A DNA stretch of 64,000 bases from Truepera sp. (GTDB lineage Bacteria > Deinococcota > Deinococci > Deinococcales > Trueperaceae): contig CBDCKW010000009.1 of the NCBI GenBank assembly GCA_965218435.1, forward strand, positions 2,400,001-2,464,000, written 5' to 3'. Under the pieces are notes generated by a model. It saw only the letters and a list, made by a program, of their open reading frames with translations, did no database searches and was not told where the DNA came from. The position numbers were made by a program, and so were the translations under genes. Positions 10,254 to 18,018 of the stretch are shown in pieces (positions within the stretch are counted from its first letter, which is position 1; each line of letters begins with the position of its first letter).

Positions 10254-11318
10254 GTGAAGGAACCGGCAGAAAGAGTGGTGAGCACAGCGGGAACGCTCGA
10301 GGTCGTCGTTCGGGGCGCAGCGTGCGTGCTGGGCGGCCTCGTCGGACTTTTTATCGGCCGCTGGCTCGTCGGGCCGGTTCTTACTGAAAGTATTAACCTG
10401 GTTTATCTAACGCTGTTAGGGCTGCTTTTGGGCTACCTCCTGAGTGCGCGACTGGTTGGCCCCGCCGAACGCACCGTGCGCTGGTTTCAGCGTCTATCGC
10501 CCGACGCTGTGTTAGCTGCCGGTGTAGGCGCGACCGCCGCGCTCGTGATGACCGTGCTCTTAAACAGCGTGTTAGAGCAGGTCCCGGGCTTTTCGTGGCA
10601 GGTGTCGGTGCTGATGACGACGCTGCTCGTCGCCGCGTCGTCGTGGTTTTTTGTGCAGAACCGAGCCCTGCTTTTACGGGTAAGGCAGTCTGACAGGACT
10701 GAACGTGCGCCTCGGCAAGCAGCACCTTTATTTACGGTCCTCGACACCTCCGCGCTGATTGACGGCCGCGTCAGTGCGGTGGTAGACACACATTTTTTAG
10801 ACGGCCTGGTCTTGCTGCCGCAGGTCGTGCTGTTCGAGCTGCAACGCATCGCCGATTCAGACGACCCCACCAGACGCCGCCGGGGACGACGGGGCCTCGA
10901 GGTCTTGGCGCAGCTCGAGAAAACCCTGGGGGACGACCTCGAGCTCGTCCCTGATACCTTTGGTGCTGAAGCCGTAGACACCAAACTCGTCAAGCTATGT
11001 TTAGGGCGGCGTGCCCGTCTGCTCACCACCGACTACAACTTGGCCCGCGTCGCGGCTGTGGGCGGCGTCACGGTCCTCAATCCCAACGCGCTGGCGAACG
11101 CCCTCAGACCGGGCTTTACCACCGGCGAAACGCTCCACGTGCAGATCACCAAACCCGGCCGCGAACCGGGGCAGGGGCTGGCGTATTTAGACGACGGGAC
11201 GATGGTCGTGGTTGAAGGGGCCGGGGACAAAGTAGGGCAAAAGGTGAGCGCAGCCGTAACGAGTCACCTGCAGACGCAAGTCGGGCAGATGGTGTTTGCC
11301 CAGCTCGAGGCTCCCTAA
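10254..11318 (+). CDS. Membrane PIN/TRAM domain protein (YacL family)
   Basis: Four N-terminal TM segments; LDTSALIDGR, TTDYNL and GLAYLDDGTMVVVE; typical position after radA. Confidence 0.9.
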   Translation: MKEPAERVVSTAGTLEVVVRGAACVLGGLVGLFIGRWLVGPVLTESINLVYLTLLGLLLGYLLSARLVGPAERTVRWFQRLSPDAVLAAGVGATAALVMTVLLNSVLEQVPGFSWQVSVLMTTLLVAASSWFFVQNRALLLRVRQSDRTERAPRQAAPLFTVLDTSALIDGRVSAVVDTHFLDGLVLLPQVVLFELQRIADSDDPTRRRRGRRGLEVLAQLEKTLGDDLELVPDTFGAEAVDTKLVKLCLGRRARLLTTDYNLARVAAVGGVTVLNPNALANALRPGFTTGETLHVQITKPGREPGQGLAYLDDGTMVVVEGAGDKVGQKVSAAVTSHLQTQVGQMVFAQLEAP

Positions 11319-11465
11319 AAACTGGGAGTTCATTAGCTTTCAAGAGTTTGAACAGTCCTAACAAAAGTGATTAAAACAGCGATGAACGCCGCTGAGTTGC
11401 TTCGCGCAGAGGGGCCGGAGGCGGTCATGCAGCGGTATAACGGGGTGGCTTTACGCGAGGGATAG
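11319..11465 (+). pseudogene. Possible 3' remnant of a peptidyl-tRNA hydrolase gene
   Basis: Translates VLTKVIKTAMNAAELLRAEGPEAVMQRYNGVALREG*, resembling the Pth C-terminal helix; no 5' part. Confidence 0.4.
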
Positions 11466-11645
11466 CTCGAGAAACGTCACGGCCTGCTCACGACTTACGC
11501 CGGGAAAACCGTCTAAAAACTCGTCTAAGGTGTCGCCACTCGCAAGATAATCGAGTAGCGTCTGTACAGGAACACGCGTACCCACGAAAACGGGCGTGCC
11601 TCCCAGAATGTCAGGGTCGGAATGGTAGACCTCTTCGCGTTTCAT
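11451..11645 (-). CDS. DUF433 family antitoxin-like protein
   Basis: DPDILGGTPVFVGTRVPV...G.TLDEFL..FP motif. Confidence 0.8.
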   Translation of the reverse strand: MKREEVYHSDPDILGGTPVFVGTRVPVQTLLDYLASGDTLDEFLDGFPGVSREQAVTFLELSLA

Positions 11646-11711
11646 CTGAATGAGATTTTAGCATATCGGGTTTGGAAGTTAGCTCGAGCCCCAACCACAC
11701 AAACCGATGCA

Positions 11712-11939
11712 TTAGCTGAGTTTTTCAAAGTCTCGAGTGGCTGTCAAAAGTCGTTCAGTGTTGGCGGGACTACGCAGCAAGTACATCGTTTCTTGCCAAG
11801 CGTTCCAGTCGTCCAAGCTTATCATGACCACGGCCTTGTCACTGCCTCTGGTGATGATGACGGGGGTATGGTCGTCTACAACATCATTTATCGCGCTTGC
11901 CAAGTTTTTGCGTGCTGTGGTGTAGTTGAGCGTTTTCAC
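11712..11939 (-). CDS. yefM: Phd/YefM family antitoxin (no toxin follows)
   Basis: GTG at 11939; NYTTARKNLA..I..V.DDHTPVIITR...VMISLDDWNAWQETMYLLRSPAN is a YefM signature. Confidence 0.8.
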   Translation of the reverse strand: MKTLNYTTARKNLASAINDVVDDHTPVIITRGSDKAVVMISLDDWNAWQETMYLLRSPANTERLLTATRDFEKLS

Positions 11940-11958
11940 ATGTACATCATAGCGTGCA
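11940..11958. promoter_or_regulatory. Putative YefM-type operator
   Basis: Palindrome ATGTACAT directly upstream of the start, plus degenerate CGTGCA centred 12 bp away; TGTACA is the known E. coli yefM-yoeB operator core. Confidence 0.5.
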
Positions 11959-12020
11959 ACTATAGTAGAGCTCGCCTCACGACTCAAACGGACAGTTTAG
12001 CGTCCTCCACGACGCTTAAC

Positions 12021-12644
12021 TCAAGTCTGACTCGTGATAAACCTTGCAATAAGCGATAGCGAATTGATGTGGAACTCATATTTTGTAGGCGTAGAACTTG
12101 TGTGAAAAGCTCGTAAATATCCTAAAGGTTTCTTCTCTCTTGGATTGAATCGCTGTGTTCCAATTACTTGCTTAGTGAATTTCTCCAAACTGTAACTGCT
12201 TTGATGTGCAAGAACATTTCTAACGCTCTGAGATTGCTGGAGTATGCCTCTGTAACTATCGTTTAATGAAGTAAAAGGTCTCCCGCCCGTAAAGAAAAGT
12301 TTTGAACGTTTTTCTGTATGATTGAAGGGAAGCCAATTAACATAGTTGCCATTGCCTTCAGCAAAAATAAGTTCTCGGGCAATAGCGTGAGTTTTCGCTA
12401 GCACTCGAGCATTGACGTTGGCTTGAGAATAACCTTTTCCATTAACAAGCAACCCTATGAACAGGTCTTCTAAAAACCCCTCGAATGACGTGAAGGCACT
12501 TAGATAAAGCGCGGCGTATGTATGTTCGACAAGACTCAGTGTAACCAAATCTTCTGCATAAAGAGCATCTATTTCTTTGCGTGTTCTTTCTAAAGAGTTG
12601 ATTTGCCTGATGAACTGTTGTGCAAGTGAACTACTGGGTTTCAC
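12021..12644 (-). CDS. HEPN-domain protein (putative RNase)
   Basis: Helical protein with FEGFLEDLF and an Rx4H motif RNVLAH; starts directly after the DUF262 stop; AT-rich. Confidence 0.65.
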   Translation of the reverse strand: MKPSSSLAQQFIRQINSLERTRKEIDALYAEDLVTLSLVEHTYAALYLSAFTSFEGFLEDLFIGLLVNGKGYSQANVNARVLAKTHAIARELIFAEGNGNYVNWLPFNHTEKRSKLFFTGGRPFTSLNDSYRGILQQSQSVRNVLAHQSSYSLEKFTKQVIGTQRFNPREKKPLGYLRAFHTSSTPTKYEFHINSLSLIARFITSQT

Positions 12645-13730
12645 CTATTCAAGAAATTCTTTTACATAGTTTATAAGCTGACGCCGACTGTCTGCATCTG
12701 TCGTTGCTCCGCGTAAAGCGTTGCTAAGCTTCTGAGGCAGACTATCATTTTGAAGGGAGGAAGATGCGTTCTTCAAAGCCTGGTGCATGTTTTTAGGCAA
12801 AACCTTAAGTTTCGTATTGTCACCCAAAGGAAGACCTATTCCGAATAGCATGTCGTAGTAAACACCAAATAAAACATAAAAAAGTGCTTTTCGAGAGAAA
12901 ATTAAAGTCCTCAACTCGTTACCTATAGTGTCTTCAATACTATCCATAACAGTGCGAAAACGCGATTCCAATTCAGCCCTTTTCGCGAAATCCTTATCAT
13001 TTTCTTTATACCAATTATCAATCTCACTTTGATTTTTCTTTTGAACTCCTGACAGTATCATCACTGCAAGCTCGCTAGTAGTCTCAACCTCTTCCATACG
13101 CGCAATATTATTTTCTGTAAAGATTCCCCAGTTGCGCCAACGTGTAAGCTGCTCGTAAGCAAGATCATACATTAGGGTTTTGAATTCCCCAAAATACTTG
13201 GCATTACGGAGTTCTTGACTGTTAGCTTTTAAGCCAGTTGAATTGAGCCTCGCAAAGATTTCCAGAACCAAACGATCATCTGTACCTAAAGGTAATATGT
13301 GAATTGCAAATTCATAGTTCAAAATTTGCTGTTTTTGAACGCTCGCAAGTGATGAGAAATGCTTGCCAGCAAGTTCATCATTATGTGACTTTCGGACAGT
13401 AAATTGATCTTTGTCCTTATCAAAATTGTTCAGTAAAACGGGATCAATAAAGCTAAAGATTGTTCTAAGACGTTGTTGTCCGTCAACCACTTCACGTATA
13501 GGTTCTATACCACTCGAAGCAAATTCCTCTCGAATGATTATTGGTGGCACAGGTAAACCACGAGTAACAGTATCTATTAGAAATGATTTAGCACTTTTAG
13601 ACCAAACGGGTCGGCGCTGAAACTTTGGACTAAGCTCTAATGATTTTGAACGTTGCCAAGATACAAAGTCGCTAACCTTGTACATGGTCGTTTTCACTTG
13701 CAGAGCATCCGTAACAAGTACGCTGGACAT
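12645..13730 (-). CDS. DUF262 (GmrS/ParB-like) domain protein
   Basis: PKFQRRPVW, VVDGQQRL and IFARLNSTG motifs; TACAAT 5 nt upstream of ATG; AT-rich. Confidence 0.85.
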   Translation of the reverse strand: MSSVLVTDALQVKTTMYKVSDFVSWQRSKSLELSPKFQRRPVWSKSAKSFLIDTVTRGLPVPPIIIREEFASSGIEPIREVVDGQQRLRTIFSFIDPVLLNNFDKDKDQFTVRKSHNDELAGKHFSSLASVQKQQILNYEFAIHILPLGTDDRLVLEIFARLNSTGLKANSQELRNAKYFGEFKTLMYDLAYEQLTRWRNWGIFTENNIARMEEVETTSELAVMILSGVQKKNQSEIDNWYKENDKDFAKRAELESRFRTVMDSIEDTIGNELRTLIFSRKALFYVLFGVYYDMLFGIGLPLGDNTKLKVLPKNMHQALKNASSSLQNDSLPQKLSNALRGATTDADSRRQLINYVKEFLE

Positions 13731-13824
13731 GAGTCATTGTACTCCACAAGCCTACTTAGTTCAAAAACCAAGTAGCATAGCGGCACTCAGGTTTAATACA
13801 GTAAAAGTTTCTTGGTCTTTCATT

Positions 13825-15717
13825 TCATCCCAAGACATCCAGCGCCTCATCATCCGTTACCGTCTCATCCATCTCTTTACGCCGCGTCGCCCACGCCGGA
13901 AACGGAAAGTTCAGCATCATCGGTTGCGGCACGTCGGGCTGATGGACGATCATCGTACCGGGAGCCAGGATCGTCGCACGACCCAAAAAGCTGCGCGGCA
14001 TAAAACGGTATTCGGCGCGTTCACTTTCAGCGGCGTCGAGTCGCCCGACAATCCGCACCGCCGCGTTGCTCACGACCCGGCGCTCAACTTCGCTGGCGGT
14101 CTGCTGCGCCCCGATGAGGATAATCCCCAAACTCCGCCCGCGTTCGGCAATGTCTAAGAGCACGTCTTTGATGGGGCTGTCACCTTCAGCGGGCGCGTAT
14201 TTGTTCAGCTCGTCTAGGACGACGAAGATTTGGCCGCGACTGTTTCGGCCTTCTTGGGCTTCAAAGACGCCGCGCAGCAACACGCCGACGACAAACATTT
14301 GGGCTAGGGGTGCGAGGGTGTGAATGTCCACGACGTGAACTTGTTCGGGACTGTCCAAAAGCTCGAGCCGTGACCGCTTGACCTCCCCCGCCGAGAGATC
14401 GCCACGCACGAGCGCCCGCAGGTGTTTGGATGCGCCGCGCAACCGCCGAATCAGCGCCTCACGCGTGGCTTTCGCTTGATTGGCCGTCCAGCGCGGGTCC
14501 CCGCCTTTGTTGCTGCCGCCGGTGCCGTCATCTTCGCCCGCGTTCTTTTTGAGGAGTTTGTACTCGAGGTACTCCACCAAGTCGTCAAACTTAGTCAGCC
14601 GCACGCCCAAACCGCTACCCAACCGGTCAATCGAGACACCCTCGTCCGCGCCCATCCGAACCCGGCCCCGCGTGTCTACGTCACGCTCTAAAGCAAAGTC
14701 CGAATCGCCGTCTTCGGTCTCGAGGTGTGGCCCGCGCTGTTTTTCAGCGAGCTTAAAAAGCCGCTCTTCCAGATGCGACACCAAAAAGCCTAAGTTCGTC
14801 ATCGCATCTTTGTCAGCTAAAACGAAAGGCAGCATCCGCTCGCGGGCAAAATCGCGGAGTGTCCATAAATACGGCGACACACCGCCCCGCCCCTGCGCGG
14901 AGGCCATCACCCCGCTGCCCTCGAGCGCGGGCGCGTGTAGTCCGACGCTTTCAAACGGTTTGGCAGGCAACTCCAAAATCTCGTACCGGGTACGGTCGCT
15001 GCGGCGCTTTTCTTGCCACTTGCCTTCTTGCTCGGCAAAGTCTTTGTTGGCTTGGTCTAAAAAGAGCAGGTCTTCACCTTTGACGTTAAAGATCACCGCT
15101 TTGCTCGCGTTCGGGTTACTTAAGAGACTCGTCCCTTTCTCACGTTTACGGTGTTGCGCGTTAAAGATGCTGTATAGCAAAAAGAGCGCATACGAGGTTT
15201 TGGTCGCAATCCCGGAAATCCCCGAGATGTTGATGTGCGCGCCCTTTTGCCCGCTGATAAAGTCGAAGTTGATAAACCCCGGTTCACCGTTGCGCAGCAC
15301 ACCTGCGGGGAGCGGCGCGTCCATGCTGTCGAGGTAGAGGGCTTTTGCTAACGCGTCACCCGTTGCCAGCCGTACCGAGTCGCCGGGGGTCGGGGGAATG
15401 TAGTCTTCAGGTTCGACGCGGGTCACGAGGACGTGCGCGGCGTAAGCGATGTTCGCAGGCATCAGGCCGCTTGAAACGAGTTCGGTGTCCCCGTCAAACT
15501 GGACGCCTTCAAAGCGGCGACGCACCTCGTCTACGACGCCGTAAAAGATGACCTTTTCCCTGCTGCTGCTCGGGTCTTCAACTTCAACGACGATCAAATC
15601 ATCGAGTTGAACTTTGCACCCGTCTAGCACGCCGAACCAAAACTGTAAGGGCGTCGCATCTTCGGTACCCAACACCATCCCGATAGGTAGATCGCTGAAC
15701 TGGATGATCTCGGCCAT
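13825..15717 (-). CDS. herA: HerA helicase/ATPase
   Basis: N-terminal HAS barrel; Walker A variant GISGIATKTS; Walker B VVLDELNKYAP; ERGRSLG; coupled to nurA. Confidence 0.85.
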   Translation of the reverse strand: MAEIIQFSDLPIGMVLGTEDATPLQFWFGVLDGCKVQLDDLIVVEVEDPSSSREKVIFYGVVDEVRRRFEGVQFDGDTELVSSGLMPANIAYAAHVLVTRVEPEDYIPPTPGDSVRLATGDALAKALYLDSMDAPLPAGVLRNGEPGFINFDFISGQKGAHINISGISGIATKTSYALFLLYSIFNAQHRKREKGTSLLSNPNASKAVIFNVKGEDLLFLDQANKDFAEQEGKWQEKRRSDRTRYEILELPAKPFESVGLHAPALEGSGVMASAQGRGGVSPYLWTLRDFARERMLPFVLADKDAMTNLGFLVSHLEERLFKLAEKQRGPHLETEDGDSDFALERDVDTRGRVRMGADEGVSIDRLGSGLGVRLTKFDDLVEYLEYKLLKKNAGEDDGTGGSNKGGDPRWTANQAKATREALIRRLRGASKHLRALVRGDLSAGEVKRSRLELLDSPEQVHVVDIHTLAPLAQMFVVGVLLRGVFEAQEGRNSRGQIFVVLDELNKYAPAEGDSPIKDVLLDIAERGRSLGIILIGAQQTASEVERRVVSNAAVRIVGRLDAAESERAEYRFMPRSFLGRATILAPGTMIVHQPDVPQPMMLNFPFPAWATRRKEMDETVTDDEALDVLG

Positions 15718-16727
15718 TAGGCAGCATCCTCGAGACTAGCTAGATGCTGCATCACCCGGCGGCGGATAATCTGCGCGTTCCCCATCCGCCGAGCGAGTTC
15801 GCCCTCGAGCGCCCGGATCGGCAAAAGTTGCTGCGGCGCACGCGGGTCTTGGTGTTGACGGCTGGCAAACTCAGGCAGGTTGAGGCAGCTCCAGTCGGCG
15901 AGGTTGGCTGTCCATGAGAGCCGTTCGCTCCAGTTCGGCCCTGCATAGGCTTGCAGCCGCACCATCCCGGCGAGGCTGTAGAGCCACGGGCGCGGGTCAC
16001 GGAGGCGTAAAGACCACTCGAAGTAGCTGTTTTCGGCGTCTCGAGTTCGGACGAGGTAGAGGGGCGAGCGTTCACCCTGCTCGAGAGCGCGCACCACGTT
16101 CAGCTCAGTTTCAGAGATTTTAGGCTCGTGAATCGTCTTGAGGTAGCCGATAACGTTTTTTTCACCGCTCAAAAAAGGACGTGGCCCGTCACAGATGATG
16201 AGCGCGGCCGAGTTTTGGCTGACGAGTCTCGAGGCCAACCGCTTCTCCGCGTCTAACATCTCGGTTTGGAGCCGCCGCACCACCGCGTCAGGGTCGCGTT
16301 CAACCGTCCCGACCACTTCGTAGTGAAGCTTGCCTAGGCGTGAACGCGTCTCGACCAGCGCAAAGTCCGCGGTGCTGTGACCGCTGCTGAGCGCACAGAT
16401 GCGGCGAACGAAGAGCGTTTCTTCCCCCTGCAAAAAGCTCGCCTGACGACTTTTTTTCGCGCAGCACGACACCACTCCAACACCATAAGTACCGAGTGCG
16501 CCGAACGCAACTTGCGCAGCGTCTTGCTCGAGCAACACTCGCGCTTCAATCCGGCGGCTCCCGTCCAAAAAGTAGAGGTCGTCCCAGAATGTTTCAGCAT
16601 GTTCGGGTTTGTGAGGATGCCACGGCCCTTCGACGCTCGTGTCTACGTCTTCGCGGCCGTCACCGGCGGTTTCTGCGTGGTAAGCGGTGTTGTATTCAAC
16701 CGCCCAGGGATCGAGTCTTAAGCGCAC
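15717..16727 (-). CDS. nurA: NurA nuclease
   Basis: GTG at 16727 gives MRLRLDPW; FLDGSRR, ICDGP, GYLKT and DPRAPQQLLPI motifs; upstream of herA. Confidence 0.85.
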   Translation of the reverse strand: MRLRLDPWAVEYNTAYHAETAGDGREDVDTSVEGPWHPHKPEHAETFWDDLYFLDGSRRIEARVLLEQDAAQVAFGALGTYGVGVVSCCAKKSRQASFLQGEETLFVRRICALSSGHSTADFALVETRSRLGKLHYEVVGTVERDPDAVVRRLQTEMLDAEKRLASRLVSQNSAALIICDGPRPFLSGEKNVIGYLKTIHEPKISETELNVVRALEQGERSPLYLVRTRDAENSYFEWSLRLRDPRPWLYSLAGMVRLQAYAGPNWSERLSWTANLADWSCLNLPEFASRQHQDPRAPQQLLPIRALEGELARRMGNAQIIRRRVMQHLASLEDAA

Positions 16728-16797
16728 GTTAAAAGCATACCCCGCAGGGTACGCCTCGCCCAAATGCAGGCGGGACTAAAAAGTTACGCTTATGATT

Positions 16798-17136
16798 ATG
16801 ACCATGCCCCCGATTGAGATTTTGAAATCCGTAGACGACCTAGACGCTGTGGCTGAAGCCTCAAAAGACGGCCCGGTGCTGCTGTTCAAACACAGCATGA
16901 CCTGCCCGTTCAGTGCGTGCGCCCAAGAACAGTTTGTCGAAATTGAGGGCATCCCCCGCTACGCCCTGACGGTGCAGTATGCCAAAGATATCTCGGCAGC
17001 GGTCGCTGAACGTTTTAAGACCGAACACGCCTCGCCGCAGCTGCTGATTATCAAAGATGGTGAGGTCATTCAGAGCTTGTACCGTTCAGAGATTCAAACG
17101 GAAGCGGTCGAGGCGTTTGTAGCGTTAGCCAGATGA
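16798..17136 (+). CDS. Monothiol bacilliredoxin BrxC/YtxJ family
   Basis: FKHSMTCPFS and HASPQ motifs. Confidence 0.75.
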   Translation: MTMPPIEILKSVDDLDAVAEASKDGPVLLFKHSMTCPFSACAQEQFVEIEGIPRYALTVQYAKDISAAVAERFKTEHASPQLLIIKDGEVIQSLYRSEIQTEAVEAFVALAR

Positions 17137-17258
17137 GGCTGAGACGCCGCTCGAGCGCACCTAAGCTGGAACCTCAAACTTTTTTTGGGGCGCTGGGCGG
17201 CCAACGTACTTAGAGACAAATAGTATCTGTCTCCGAACCAGAGATCGCCTGGAAAAAC

Positions 17259-17597
17259 TTAGGCAGCGTGATAGTTATAGACTGACATTTGCAGCGGCGC
17301 GAACACCTTGACCTGCGCCTCTTCCAGCTTGACCCTCATAAACACTTGAGGTTTATCGGTAGGCTTTTCTGCTAAAGCAAGGTTGTGTTCGAGTAGCTCG
17401 AGATCGCTTGTAGGCAGCGCGACAAGGCGAGCACCATCGGGAATTTGCTCCCGAATATCAGGCTGTGTTACGACTAGCTCAGCTATAAATACAGCCCACC
17501 ATATCGCCCTCTGGGTGAGCGTACCTTGGGGCTCGTCCTGCGTTTCAAAGAGCCTATCCATCCGTTTCCTTTCTAAAGGCCAACCTTGACCCGACAC
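17259..17597 (-). CDS. DUF5647-like small protein (putative antitoxin)
   Basis: P.I.EQIPDGARLVALP..D.EL..HN..LA pattern. Confidence 0.5.
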   Translation of the reverse strand: MSGQGWPLERKRMDRLFETQDEPQGTLTQRAIWWAVFIAELVVTQPDIREQIPDGARLVALPTSDLELLEHNLALAEKPTDKPQVFMRVKLEEAQVKVFAPLQMSVYNYHAA

Positions 17598-17618
17598 AGC
17601 TAGTATAAGCTCAAATAG

Positions 17619-17957
17619 CTAGAGATGGGTGAAAAACTCACTGAGATACCATTCCCAGCGTTGACTAAGGTCCCGGCGAGCAGCTGTAACTGCAGCGTGT
17701 AGCTCGAGCCCCAGCGATACGGATTCTCGGTGAGTTAAATAGTCGCCGTTAGGTAAAAGCCTATCTCTATGAACCTGCCCGCCGGTGTTATCATAGCGAA
17801 CGACCGCTTTCCAACGACCTTCTACCTGACACTCTAAGGTAACGGCGAAGTGCTCAATAGAGCCGTTAGAAAAGCTGACAATGTGGGTTCTGAGCTGAAG
17901 GCTTTCGCTTAGTAGGGTGGTGTAAGTATTGACCTTCGTATCAGGCGCAGCCGGCAT
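17619..17957 (-). CDS. DUF7718/TumE-like small protein (putative toxin)
   Basis: W..VVRYDN.GG..HRD motif; leaderless TAAAAT-6nt-ATG. Confidence 0.55.
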   Translation of the reverse strand: MPAAPDTKVNTYTTLLSESLQLRTHIVSFSNGSIEHFAVTLECQVEGRWKAVVRYDNTGGQVHRDRLLPNGDYLTHRESVSLGLELHAAVTAARRDLSQRWEWYLSEFFTHL

Positions 17958-18018
17958 AGCCCTATTTTAACTTTGCAAAGCAAAAACGAGGGGCGGCACT
18001 TTTTTCCGTATCCGCGCC

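Noticed and set aside
10254..11318. PIN protein as the toxin for the adjacent orphan antitoxins
   Set aside because: It is the membrane PIN/TRAM protein conventionally linked to radA
14480..15337. Long antisense ORFs (this one, 24666-25361, 50984-51613 and similar)
   Set aside because: Shadow frames of well-supported genes in GC-rich DNA with no recognisable motifs
13825..16727. nurA-herA as a novel HerA defence system
   Set aside because: Matches the known Deinococcus/Thermus repair pair and has host-like composition
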